Origin: Macrostomum hystrix
Lineage: Eukaryota > Animalia > Platyhelminthes
NCBI GenBank assembly: GCA_950097015.1
Contig: CATNEN010000038.1
Coordinates: forward strand, 29,450,001-29,514,000
DNA: 64,000 nt
Direction of reading: 5' to 3'
This document shows positions 1 through 12,205 of this stretch, in pieces. How positions within the stretch are numbered: position 1 is the first letter of the stretch; every line of letters starts with the position of its first letter. Made by a program: the position numbers and the translations under genes. A model generated the notes under the pieces. It was given only the letters and a program-made list of their open reading frames with translations, had not been told where the DNA came from and made no database searches.

Positions 1-1095
1 GGATACAAAATATCCCGATGCAATAGATCCGATTTGCTAAACGAAAGCACAGGAACAGCGCTTGATTTAACAGATGATTTAACTAGCGGATAATCGGCCA
101 CATTGACTGCGAATTCAACATTACGCGATAGTCTGGGCGCAGAGCGCAACAGATAGTGCTCAACACCAGAGCAGCGTGAGGAAAAACTGCCGCATTGGCT
201 GTCGTTGCGATATAGTCGGCCGTCAATGATCTGTGAAAAAAATTGCGCAATAGGGGATACCCGCATCGACGATAAAATGGTCTGTGAACATTTGTCTGGA
301 AAATAGACAGAATTAAAACAGGTCCGCAAAAAACTAAATGGGGAATATAGCGATTCTTGATGGGAAATCCAGGTAGGAAAAAACAAATAGAAAATGTAGG
401 TAGGGAAAACTCGACTGGAAAAGTCAGTTAGGGAAATCAAAAGAGTAAATCCAGCTAGGGGAATCTTGAGCGGAAATCCAGCAAGGGAAAACTCAAGGGG
501 AAATTCAGCTAGGGAAATCTTGAGGGGAAATCCAGCAAGGGAAAACACAAGGGGAAATCCAGCTAGGTAAATCTTGAGGGGAAATCCAGCTAGGGAAATC
601 TTGAGGGGAAATCATAATGGGGAATCCAGCTAGAGAAATCTTAAGGGAAATTTTTAAGGGGAATTGATTTGGAAATCGTGACTAGAAATGCCAATTTTGT
701 CATCTCGGTAGGCTAGTCTCGACTAGCAAATGTGTACAGGAATACAGGTAAGGTAAGTACTACCTGACAGGTACAGGTAAGTACAGGTAAGCGCCTAATC
801 AATAATAACGCACCTGATACCGTATAGCGCCAAGTCGTACAGCCTCATCAATGCCAGCTGGGTGAATTCCGTCATTGAATGGACTCAAATCCGTTTTCAT
901 AGCCGTCTCATAGATTGAACAGTCCGCGGGTTTGCCTTCTGTACTTTGCGATCGCTTCTCGTAGGCGGACCATGCCGATTCCAAGTCCAGCTGGTAGGCG
1001 CGCCAAGCGGCGCTGCACTGACCAGCGGGGCCGCAGTTCTGCGCATCGACTACTACCGATACTACTACTGCTACTTTAAGTAGGAGTAGAAGCAT
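1..1095 (-). CDS. POGLUT1: Protein O-glucosyltransferase 1 (POGLUT1/rumi), 5' part; runs off the window start
   Basis: Exon 1095-814 has a signal peptide and ...DLSPFNDGI...RYQ, then donor GTGCGT. Exon 230-1 follows acceptor TTCACAG and reads IIDGRLYRNDSQCGSFSSRCSGVEHYLL...NVADYP...PVLSFSKSDLLHRDILYP, matching the POGLUT1 motifs RLYR, SRCSGVEH, DYP, FSK and DI.YP. Confidence 0.9.
350..680 (+). repeat. Degenerate purine-rich tandem repeat (GGGAAATCCAGCTA-type units) in the POGLUT1 intron
   Basis: Recurring gggaaatccagcta / gggaaatcttgag units. Confidence 0.75.
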
Positions 1096-1165
1096 TTTTC
1101 GCACCAATTTAAATACAGTTCCGAAGGCTGAAAAATCGTAACTGGTTATTGGGAAACATCCAATT

Positions 1166-1405
1166 GGTTGTAGCCTAGTGGTTAGAGCGTTGGACTCGCG
1201 ACATGAAGGTCAAGGGTTCGATTCCTTCTGTGTCCTTTAACAAGACACGTAACTCTGCATTGCTTATAAAACTGGGTATTAACTAGCATTAGCCGGGGTA
1301 ATTGAGGGAGGGTGTGGCGTCCTCCAGTCCATGGACTGAACAGCCGTACGCAGCCTTCAGATGCGCCGCGCAATAGCTGCCTAATTGGGGCAGGTGTAAT
1401 CAATT
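1166..1405 (+). mobile_element. tRNA-derived SINE, family A
   Basis: A-box-like TAGCCTAGTGG and B-box GGTTCGATTCC, followed by a GTGTCCTTTAACAAGACAC core. Homologous copies at about 8300 and 43403. Confidence 0.75.
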
Positions 1406-1644
1406 ATTTTTTTCACAATTTAGCAACAAATTTATCTACTTTTGTTTTTAAAAAGCTCGCAAAAAAAGAAAGAGTTAAACTACATCGCTTTGATCCAACG
1501 CGCGACCTAGCGAGTAGAATGTCCCGTTAATCTTGTTTTTTATTTGCAAGCCACAACAGCACACACATACACTGCTTTTACTTCGAATCCAATGGATCTC
1601 AACGCTTAGTTGACAGAATGATCAAAGCAAATTGATTCAATAAA

Positions 1645-2590
1645 TCATTCGCTAGACTTGGCCTTGGCGCGCATCACTTTCTGAACAATCTTTTGCTCTT
1701 CAACAAGGAAGGCGCGGACAATGCTGAAATTTTTTAGGATGGATTAGCAGATAAGCTTCAAAAAAACTTTTGTGTCTATTTAATCTACTAGAATAGTAGA
1801 TACACCACGAAATTCCCCCCTTACTGATGAACTAACTTTCAAAGCCGTCCAACGTCCTGCCGTCAGCATCATCGAGTTATTCAGCGATTCTTGTCAAAGA
1901 CCCGGGTGACAAGGACAACTGACATTGAACAATTAGAACTAATTGTTCATTAATTTTACAACCAGACGACACCTAGTCGAGAATCGTTGAATCGTTGAAC
2001 TTCCCTGAAGTTTCACTTCCCTGAAGTTTCACTTCCCTGAAGTTTCACTTCCCTGAAGTTTCACTTCCCTGAAGTTTCACTTCCCTGAAGTTTCACTTCC
2101 CTGAAGTTTCACTTCCCTGAAGTTTCACTTTCCTGAAGTTTCACTTTCCTGAAGTTTCACTACCCTGAAGTTTCACTTCCCTGAAGTTTCACTTCCCTGA
2201 AGTTTCACTTCCCTGAAGTTTCACTTTCCTGAAGTTTCACTTTCCTGAAGTTTCACTTCCCTGAAGTTTCACTTCCCTGAAGTTTCACTTCCCTGAAGTT
2301 TCACTTCCCTGAAGTTTCACTTACCGTTCAGTGACGCATTTGTGGCATCGAGAGCCGCCGTAGGCCCTATTAACAGTCTTGAGTCTCTTGCTCATTCCGC
2401 AACGTTCCATAGGACGGCTGGGTGTGATGCCGTGCAATTTGACCTTGCAGTCGCCGCATTTTGGCACAGCGCCAGGCTTCTTACGGTAGAGATAGACTAG
2501 GCGACCGCCGGGAGTTTTCGAGACAGTCCTACGATTTGACTTGGTGTTGTAAGACAGGCGACGCCTAAGAGTCAAGCGCTGGTGAACCAT
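1645..2590 (-). CDS. RPL34: 60S ribosomal protein L34 (eL34), 2 exons
   Basis: Exon 2590-2325 (MVHQRLTLRRRLSYNTKSN...KTPGG...RAYGGSRC), donor GTAAGT. Exon 1723-1645 after TTCAG gives IVRAFLVEEQKIVQKVMRAKAKSSE*. Phases are compatible; AATAAA lies about 100 bp downstream. Confidence 0.97.
2000..2324 (-). repeat. 16-bp minisatellite (GGAAGTGAAACTTCAG)n starting at the RPL34 splice donor
   Basis: About 20 near-perfect copies. The first unit, GTAAGTGAAACTTCAG, is the donor itself. Confidence 0.95.
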
Positions 2591-2729
2591 CTTGTGAGTG
2601 TGTGAGCGCTGAACTTTTAGCTTGTACTTTTATTTAGACAGTAAGAACAAGTCGCTGAAAAAGTTTGTACGGAATATTAAAATTGATTAAGACTGTAACC
2701 GTGCAACGACGAATCTCAATTAGGATTCG

Positions 2730-4770
2730 ATTATTAATCTCATCTGATATTAGGGAACTAGATAGGATTAATCTCACCTGAGATTAGGGAACCAGATAGG
2801 ATTAATCTCACCTGATATTGGGGAACTAGATAGGATTAATCTCACCTGATATTAGGTAACTAGATAGGATTAATCTTACCTGATATTGGGGAACTAGTTA
2901 GGATTAATCTCACCTGATATTGGGTAACTAGTTAGGATTAATCTCACCTGATATTGGGAACTAGATAGGATTAATCTCACCTGAGATTATGGAACTAGTT
3001 AGGATTTATCTCACCTAAGATTAGGGAACTAGATGGATTAATCACGCCTGATATTGGGAACTAGATAGGATTTATCTCACCTGAGATTAGGGAACTAGAT
3101 GGATTAATCACGCCTGATATTGGGAACTAGATAGGATTTATCTCACCTGAGATTAGGGAACTAGATAGGATTAATCTCACCTGAGATTATGGAACTAGTT
3201 AGGATTTATCTCACCTGAGATTAGGGAACTAGATGGATTAATCACGCCTGATATTGGGAACTAGATAGGATTTATCTCACCTGAGATTAGGGAACTAGAT
3301 GGATTAATCACGCCTGATATTGGGAACTAGATAGGATTTATCTCACCTGAGATTAGGGAACTAGATAGGATTAATCTCACCTGATATTAGGGAACTAGAT
3401 AGGATTAATCTTACCTGATATTGGGGAACTAGCTAGGATTAATCTCACCTGATATTGGGGAACTAGATAGGATTAATCTCACCTGATATTAGGTAACTAG
3501 ATAGGATTAATCTTACCTGATATTGGGGAACTAGTTAGGATTAATCTCACCTGATATTGGGTAACTAGTTAGGATTAATCTCACCTGATATTGGGAACTA
3601 GATAGGATTAATCTCACCTGAGATTATGGAACTAGATAGGATTAATCTCACCTGAGATTATGGAACTAGATAGGATTTATCTCACCTGAGATTAGGGAAC
3701 TAGATGGATTAATCACGCCTGATATTGGGAACTAGATAGGATTTATCTCACCTGAGATTAGGGAACTAGATAGGATTAATCTCACCTGATATTAGAAAAC
3801 TAGTTAGGATTAATCCCACCTGATATTAGGGAACTAGATAGGATTAATCTCACCTGAGATTGGGGAACTAGGTAGGATTAATCTCACCTGATATTGGGGA
3901 ACTAGTTAGTATTAATCTCACCTGATATTGGGGAACTAGTTAGTATTAATCTCACCTGATATTAGGGAACTAGATAGGATTAATCTCACCTGAGATTGGG
4001 GAACTAGATAGGATTTATCTCATCTGATATTAGGGAACTAGATAGGATTAATCTCACCTGAGATTAGGGAACCAGATAGGATTAATCTCACCTGATATTG
4101 GGGAACTAGATAGGATTAATCCCACCTGATTTTGGGGAACTAGATTGGATTAATCTCACCTGAGATTGGAGAAATAAATAGGATTAATCTAATCTGATAT
4201 TAGGGAACTAAATAGGATTTATCTCACCTGAGATTGGGAAACTAGATAGGATTAATCACGCCTGATATTAGGGAACTAGATAGGATTAATCTCACCTGAG
4301 ATTGGGGAACTAGATAGGATTAATCACGCCTGATATTAGGGAACTAGATAGGATTAATCTCACCTGATATTAGGGAACTAGATAGGATTAATCTCACCTG
4401 AGATTGGGGAACTAGGTAGGATTAATCTCACCTGATATTAGGGAACTAAATAGGATTAATCTCACCTGATATTAGGGAACTAGATAGTTCCCTAATTAAT
4501 CACGCCTGATATAATAGGGTAAACTAGATAGGATTAATCCCACCTGATTTTGGGGAACTAGATAGAATTAATCTCACCTGAGATTGGGGAAATAAATAGG
4601 ATTAATCTCACCTGATACTAAGGAACTAGATAGGATTAATCTCATCTGAGATTGGGGAAATAAATAGGATTAATCTCACCTAAGATTGGGGTAAAAAATA
4701 GGATTAATCTCACCTAAGATTGGGGTAATAAATAGGATTAGTATCACATGAGATTGTGGAAATAAATTCG
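2730..4770 (+). repeat. 33-34-bp minisatellite (TAGATAGGATTAATCTCACCTGATATTAGGGAAC)n between IMPACT and RPL34
   Basis: About 60 tandem copies with variant units, decaying towards 4770. Confidence 0.95.
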
Positions 4771-5224
4771 GCAACTTATTAAGGGGCAATCTCGTTAAAG
4801 ATTTGGGAACTGGATAGGGATAATATCGCTAGAGATTAGGGAAGAGACTAGAGTTCACCCAGATATAAAGTGGTTTCTAGAGCAACAACTGTTGTAGAAA
4901 TTTTAGTGGGTGCGTCTTTAGAAGGGCCACACAATAGCCACTGTAAGAATTCAATCAGACCAAAGTCAATCAGATTATGCGTCAATCAATAAACTCTAAA
5001 GATCAAATCACAGCTCTATTTATTAAACTCAATTAAAATAGTTTATTATACACTTGCAACAAAGCAGAGCGAAACAAAGATAAAATAATCAATAAAAATT
5101 AGTTTCATTCCATAATCCATAATCAAAAGTATCAGGAAGAGCAAGTATCAAAGTACGCACTGGCTTTCAAATGCAAAATGCTATTCTCGAATTAACAATC
5201 CACTGTTAAATCATGACTTGTTTG

Positions 5225-8200
5225 TCAGACTCCGCGCCTGCGCACAATGCCGCAGTGTTCTAGAAGCAACCTAGCCGCATTGTTGATGTGCTTAAAACGA
5301 TCCGGGCCTAGTAGTGTGCCACCGTACCAACGCGACACCACTACTAGACAGTCGCGACAGTCGGCGAGTTCCAATAGGCGGAGCAGGCGACCGCCGGCTT
5401 GACTTTCGCCGTCGTCATCGCAGTCGGTGACGAAGCCGACTGTGGCGGAGGCAGCTGATGGCAATGGTGATGAGCGAATATAAAAGTACTGTAGTGAGCC
5501 ACTGCTTAGGGGCCTATTGGTGTCTCACTAGCTGTCAGTAGCCCCACCTGCAAGTTAGCTTAGGTGTCCCCTTTTTTCTGGCATTGAGTGGCTGCCCGGC
5601 CCGCCCTCTCTGGCGTTGTCTGGTCTGTCCCTCTCTGCCCCTCCCTTCCCCGGCCGCGCCTGTACTTTGAGTGCGCTGTCTCTGATGCCGAGTCATCACC
5701 TCTTTGTCCCGCGCTGGTTTCGTTGTTCTCTGTCCCTTTCTTTGTGTGTGTTTGTCTGCCCTCAGTCAGCACGTGATTCTCCTAACGTGACTGGCCTCTC
5801 TCTTTGTCTTTTAAAGTGCACGTAAACATGTTTACTGCACTTGGGGCTTTGATTATGGGACAGGAGCCTACGTAGGAGTGACGTTTCTGGCGCCACTGAC
5901 GTCAGTTGCTATTTTTAGAAACCACGTGAGCCCATCACGTGTTTTCTAACTCTGCACTGACCCTATGGGAGACCCCTGCCTATAAAGAAAGGCTCCACTC
6001 CTCCGGCTCTAAAAGGCCTCTTCCTGTCATTCCCTTTTTCTCTGGCATTATTTCAGTTCCCTTTTATTGTCAGTGCTATCAGTGTCTAAGTTCCCGCTTC
6101 AGTCTCTGCGTGTGACTGCTCGCAAGCTCCGTTCTGGCTAAGTTCAGAAACTAACTTAAGCCTCCTACCACCACTCGAGCTACGCAGGACTCTGACAGCC
6201 TTTAAACTGCGCCTGAAACTCTGCACGGTGTGCGCGTCTCAAGACTTCGAGGCTTTATCTCTTTCGGGCCAAGGATCCTTCACCTCACCGAAGGCAGAAG
6301 TCCTGACGCCCTGGTGGCAGCGCTACTACTACACTACCTAGAAATCTTGGACTTTATGTTGGAGTTCGCCGGATCCCGCATTGTTAGCAGGACAACCGGT
6401 TCAACAGTACATTTTAATTTAATTAGACGGACAATTGGTTCGTAGGTGCAAAAATTTGTAAATCTTTTGTTGCAGACGGAGATATAGGATAAATTAGCAC
6501 TATTTGAAATGCTCTGAAATCCGATCAGTACAATTATCTCTCCATCTGAAAACGCCATTGTCTACCTTCATTTAGTAAGAACAAATTAAGCATCAATTTA
6601 AGAATGGCCCATTGTTCAGTTGCATGAAGGCGTTTTGATGGTTTATTTATAATTGAATTTTTGGCTTCGTGTAAAACTCTTAAAGCGTATATGACTAAGG
6701 CCCGTTCTATTTTTAGCAATGGAAAACCCATGCACGCGAATGACTATCGCCCGTTATATTTTTAGCAATGGAAAACCCATTCACGCGAATGACTATCGCC
6801 CGTTCTATTTTTAGCAATGGAAAACCCATACACGCGAATGACTATCGCCCGTTCTATTTTTAGCAATGGAAAACCCATGCACGCGAATGACTATCGCTCG
6901 TTCTATTTTTAGCAATGGAAAACCCATGCACGCGAATGACTTATCGCCCGTTCTATTTTTAGCAATTGAAAACGCTGCCATGACTCATCGTCATCCGTTC
7001 TTAGAAATATTTCGAAATTTAAAACTCCAAAAGCTTTTATGACTCATCGCTCGTTATACTTCTACGAAACAATTTTATAACTTGATACAACCCACATTGT
7101 CTGTTCAAACCTTAGCACACCATAAAGAAATCCAGAAGGTAAGAAAAACTAAAAATCTAAGTATAACACGCACCTGTTCCAGCTGGTCTAGATATTCTAT
7201 AAGCCCAGATATTGTGCGTTGCCGAAGCGATTTTTCGTTCGGTAGCTAATAAACAGGCCAAGGCATTGCGTGCCTCCGAAGCGCTCAGCACCGGCGCCAA
7301 TAGGTGGGCTTGGAATACGCTTTTGCGATCTTCAATTGGCTTGCCGTGAATAAATTTGGCGGCAATTGCAATGCCAGACTCGACTGATGCTGCAGCTGTT
7401 GCCAAGGACTCGGCTGATTGGGTGCAAAACTTGTTCTTTTAGATTCGGATAAATTATTATGTCAAAATTATTCATCCAAATTATTTCAAAGGGTCAACCA
7501 ACGAAGTAACAGTGAGTGTATACAGCTTGGGTTAACGACCAAAAACTGTATTCTAATCATTTAGTCTAGATCAACTATTTTTCTAAGGATTCCTGGTTGG
7601 GTTGGGGTCGAGGATGCGGAAAATGCCTGTAAGATTCAGCAAGGCACCAAAAATGTGCTGTAAATGTTTTTTATAGAACATCTAAATTATTTTAGGAGGA
7701 CGCTTGCTAAGAGAACTGGCTGTTAAATGGCTGGTTTGCGAATTTGATCATTGTGTGTACCGTTTCGGGTTAGATTCGCTCCTGGAAGCCGAATTCCAAA
7801 ATTAAGGCAGTGAAAATTTACAGCCAATCAACAGTCCAGCAGTTACGCTCGTAAAAGACGTAGACCACACTGCCTCACTATTAGAAAGTCTGGGCAGATG
7901 TGCACAACTGTGCATGTGCTCAGGGCTAGTCTGCGGTAGGGCTAATTGTCTCTGAGCAGGTTCTAGATTCTCGGATTTCCCAATTATGCGCCCATGCCTG
8001 CAGTCACCATGCAAATATTTTTATGCTTGATTGAGTAGAAAATGTTTTGGCTGTTGCATATGGAGAGGTTAGGCAAATAGAATTACAATGCATGGCTTTT
8101 ATTGCCTCTCAAAAATTGAGAAATTCTCCATTTGATATCGCCATTGTCTACCTCCATTTAGTAAGAACGATGAGCATAATAAGTTTAATAGTGGCTCATT

Positions 8201-11200
8201 GTTCAGTTGCATAGAGGCAATGGATGAATATTCTCCTTTCTTTAATTGGTAAGAAAACTTTTAATACATATAAGGTTTCTTAATCCATGTTCTAAGTAGA
8301 GGTTGTAGCCTTGAGTTTAGGGCATCGAACTCACAACTTGAAGATCGGGGGTTCGATTCTAAACTCCACTGGAACAATTTGTGTCCCTTAGCAAGACACA
8401 TAACACTGCATTGCTACAGTTCACAAATGGATACCAGCATTAGCTGGGAAAATTGAAGGTGGGTGAGGCGTCCCCTAGTCCATGAACTGAACAGTTGTAC
8501 ACAGCCTTTGGATGCGCTGCACAATAGCTGGAGCTGTGCTGTCGGCTGCACATCTGGCCCAATTGGGGCAGGTCTAATTATTTCTTTTTTTATTATTATC
8601 TAAAAAATTAATGCCTTGAAACCTACCATTTTCTTGCCATTTTGTAGTCTTTTCTGAAATTTTACAACTGCTAGAATGCACCTCAGCAGTCTCATCAACA
8701 AACTGTCTAACAGCTTCAACCCATGCAAACACTACTGGAGAGCCATTTAACTCCTGGCAAATATCAACAAGTCGCTCTTCAAGCAACCTTCTGGTTTCGC
8801 CATGTAGCCATGGTGCCAACAGTTCAAATACAGGTGGACAGTCAGTTGGATATAGGGGTGGCAGGGTTACACATAGTAAAACATCTTTTCCAACGATAGG
8901 CTGACTAGATCTGATTGTGATGGAGAATGACTTTGAGTTATTGTTAAATTCTGACATATCATTGGCATAGATACTGGACAATGCAGTAAGCTCATCAGTT
9001 TGTAGCTCAGAATTGACATTTTCATTATCTGTTATTGACATTGTTCTGGAAAAATGTGCAATTATACATTTGTATTAGATATCCACCATAAAATTCATAA
9101 TAATCTTGGTGGACCTACCTAAGCAATAAATGCCCAGCAATTGGAGATTCTAAAGCAATGACCTATCCATAAAAAATCTGCAGACTTGCACCTAGACTAG
9201 AGATATGTTATATCAGAGCCTGATAATCATACATGCGCAACACCCGGCCGACCCGGCCGAACCGGCCGGGTGAAACGAGGGCCAAGCAAGGTAAGTCGCA
9301 AAAACCAATAGACCAAGCGCAAAAAAATCAAAGGGGGGACCAAGGGACAAAAAAGGAAGGCGTGAAGAAAAGGAAAAATGGGAGAGAAAAAGAGAGCAAA
9401 TGAGAGCAAACTAAGTCGTAAATAGAGCAATGAAATAAACTAAGTCGCAAATGAGAGCAAAAACTAAGTCGCACGGCCGGCTAAGATTTGGGAGGTTGCG
9501 CATGTATGCTGATAATATATGAAATATAACTCTGAAATGAGTAACTAGTTGATCCAGCCAGCTAGAAATACTGAGAATTCGCACCTAGTCTTTCCAATGG
9601 TACCAACCAGCTACTACACAGATTCAGTCTATAAGTAATTCCATGAGAAGGTCATCAATGGGGCATAATTTTTTATGCGATATTTATCTAAGTTTATATT
9701 TCTATTTGAACATAATTATAATAGTTATATATTTATATTTATATATACTACACATATTTATCTACCTTTAGGTTTATATTTTTTGTTTTGATCATAGTAC
9801 CCCTACAATCATTTCAATGTTCCCTGGGACATTATAAAAAGTGAATCTAGTTTTCATTAAGGAACTAATTAGTCTTAAATTTAACTCAAGAATATAAATA
9901 TAAAAATAACTCAACTTTTTTATATCTAAAAACTGAAATAAAAAAATTTGATGACCTTACACATTTCTTTTTATCATAACTTTTGCTTTGAAAAGTTTGG
10001 GCTTTGCTTTTTTAGTGTTAAAAACAACAATGTCCATCATTTTTTATGAAAAGTTGTTATACCAAGTTCAAAACGCTTGCAAAGTTCTTTTTTGCTATAA
10101 AAATTTCTTAGCCTATATCTAAGTTAAATTGTCTTTTTTGTTAGCATGTGATAAGTTTAAAATGCTTAAAAAACCATGCAAAGTTACCCAACAACCATCA
10201 TTTCCTAGCATTCTTAAAACCTGTATATTTTCAAAAAACATTATTACTATCATTTTTCATAAATTTAATAAATTTCATAAAATTCATACAATTAACTACA
10301 TCAGTACTGTTGTAAAAGCTTCTTGTGTCAATTTTAAAGATAATACATGTTCTTGTAATTCAAGCCTTTAAGAGATAATGTTAATCTTGTTTTATATGCC
10401 TTAAAATAAATTATCTTTTTTGTTAAGTCATACTAAGCCATTGGTTTATTAAATTGTTTCATGCACTATTCCCTCTATTAACTGATTAGCCATCTTTATA
10501 ATTATTGAGTCAGGCAATCTTGAAGTTTAGGTTTTGTTGAAGGTACAAGTACATGGTAGGTTTGATCTGAAATGTGAGATTAGTGTCATTAATTTTATGG
10601 TTAGAAAGGTACTAAATATTTTTATTAGAACTAATATTAGTTATATAAACAATCTTAAAACTAGGATATCCAAAATAGAGAGAATCTTTATGTTGTTTTA
10701 CAAAAATGATGGTCGTTTTTTGTAACAAACGACCATGAGTCCAATGGCTGTCATCTAAGAAAAAATGTGCAACACACTTCAAACTGGCTACTAACATATG
10801 AAATTTGTTTATAACTGTTTATCTAGCTATTGTTTACTACAACGAATGACTGACTGAGATAAAAACTTGCCTGATTCACAGGAATGTTGAACTTACATTG
10901 AGAATTTGAATATGTCAACTTTCACCAAAAATGACCATCATTGAAAGTTGGCTACATTAAAATAGTAAATAAAATGACTTTAAAATGTATATAATCTTAA
11001 TCTAGAGGTCACGCCCATCAATGTAGAACATACCATACATTCGCAACCTACCAAATTTTAGCCGGCCGTGCGACTTAGTTTTTGCTCTATTTACAACTTA
11101 GTTTGTTCTCATTTGCAACTTAGTACGTTTGATTGCTCTATTTAAGACTTAGTTTGCTCTAGTTTCCTCTCTTTTTCTCTCCACTTTTTCCTTTTCTTCA

Positions 11201-12205
11201 TGCCTTCCGTTTTTGTCCCTTGGTCCCCCTTTGATTTTTTGGGTGCTAGTCACTTTGTCATCTGACCATATCGTCATATTGGATGACAAACTGACCAATT
11301 GACAATGACAAAGCCAATCTAACACACAAATTTTGCAATGCCTAATATTAGGCCTGTTTTTAACCAACAATGATAGGATGTTAATATAGTAAGGCCTATC
11401 TATCTAAAAGCCAAGCATTGATAAAGACATGGCTAGGAAGGCTAGGCTGCCCTAAGCCTATAATAATTCATATAGGGCCTATTTAGTCTTAATTCAGTTG
11501 AAAAAATCTACAAGGCACTTTGTTAAAAAAACAATTAAAAAACAAACAATAAATGAATTAGCAAAACAGCAAGACAGCCCTAAAATTAATATACTATTTA
11601 GACTGGTCAGACAAATCAGTTTAGGTGAAGACATGTAGTAGTCCATAGCCTACTTAAGATTTTAGTGGTTTCGTCTAGTGGCATATGAATCTACTGACTA
11701 GACTGCATTGATTGACTAAATTGAATCAATAGCCTAATAGCAAGTTTCGCTTGCGATAGGCCTAGGCTGATTGCCAGTGTTACATAGGCCCCCCCTAGGC
11801 CTATTGCAATTGCAATCTTAATTAACTGCTACAAATTTTAACAACATAACTAAAATAAAAACTCGCCAAGGAAGGTGGCCCACAAATAAGTGAAAAACAG
11901 TTAAAGCTATCGTCTAATTGTGCGAGTTACAGTGACTTTTTAAATCTCCATGTAATTCCATGATTCCATGAGAATCCACCTGTGTTTCCTACCTGCGTCT
12001 GCGTGACTGGGCAACTGGCTAATGAATTGCTACTAATGGTCCTTAGGCCTAGCGAATTGTAATTATACGTGTAGTAGCTACGGCCTGCACAAAAACCTTG
12101 TATCGATTTCAATGCCATGGTAGTCTTAAAAAAGTTTTGAGACTTTAATTTTTGTCTTGGAATCTGATATGGGCATATATCTCAAAGTACTAACCTCGCT
12201 GCCAT
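5225..12205 (-). CDS. IMPACT: Protein IMPACT (RWD domain plus ancient UPF0029 domain), 4 exons
   Basis: Exons: 12205-12195 (ATGGCAGCGAG, donor GTTAGT; inferred), 9045-8627 (RWD: ELTALSSIY, LPPLYP..PP), 7413-7174 (DRKSVFQAH, ATHNIWAYRI), 5454-5225 (DCDDDGE, VVSRWYGG.LLGPDRFKHINN). All junctions are phase-compatible. Confidence 0.93.
5490..6406. mobile_element. Solo LTR, probably Gypsy-type, in the last IMPACT intron
   Basis: TGTAG...CAACA termini and 4-bp TSD GTAC (5486-5489 / 6407-6410). TATA-like CCTATAAA inside. A second copy lies at 24461. Confidence 0.85.
6700..6970 (+). repeat. 49-bp tandem repeat, about 5.5 copies
   Basis: Unit GCCCGTTCTATTTTTAGCAATGGAAAACCCATGCACGCGAATGACTATC. Confidence 0.9.
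8300..8580 (+). mobile_element. tRNA-derived SINE, family A copy
   Basis: Colinear with 1166-1405: GGTTGTAGCC, GGTTCGATTC, GTGTCCCTTAGCAAGACAC, AATTGGGGCAGG. Confidence 0.75.
9228..9508. mobile_element. hAT-type MITE (281 bp)
   Basis: TIRs CATACATGCGCAAC / GTTGCGCATGTATG and 8-bp TSD CTGATAAT on both sides. A near-identical inverted copy lies at 40710. Confidence 0.88.
11034..11245. mobile_element. Truncated, diverged copy of the hAT MITE
   Basis: Starts CATACATTCGCAACC and shares the GCGACTTAGTT subrepeats and GGTCCCCCTTTGATT with the 40710 copy. Confidence 0.7.

Noticed and set aside
1166-1225. tRNA gene (also at 8300 and 43403)
   Set aside because: A and B boxes are present but there is no full cloverleaf; each continues into a shared SINE body.
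6230-6445. Peptide GPRILHLTEGRSPDALVAALLLHYLEILDF repeated at 25233
   Set aside because: Simply the two LTR copies; no gag or pol similarity recognised.
9653-11022. AT-rich block flanked by CATCAATG direct repeats, with GGGCAT / ACGCCC ends
   Set aside because: Possibly a decayed DNA transposon, but the TIRs are too weak and no transposase motif was recognised.
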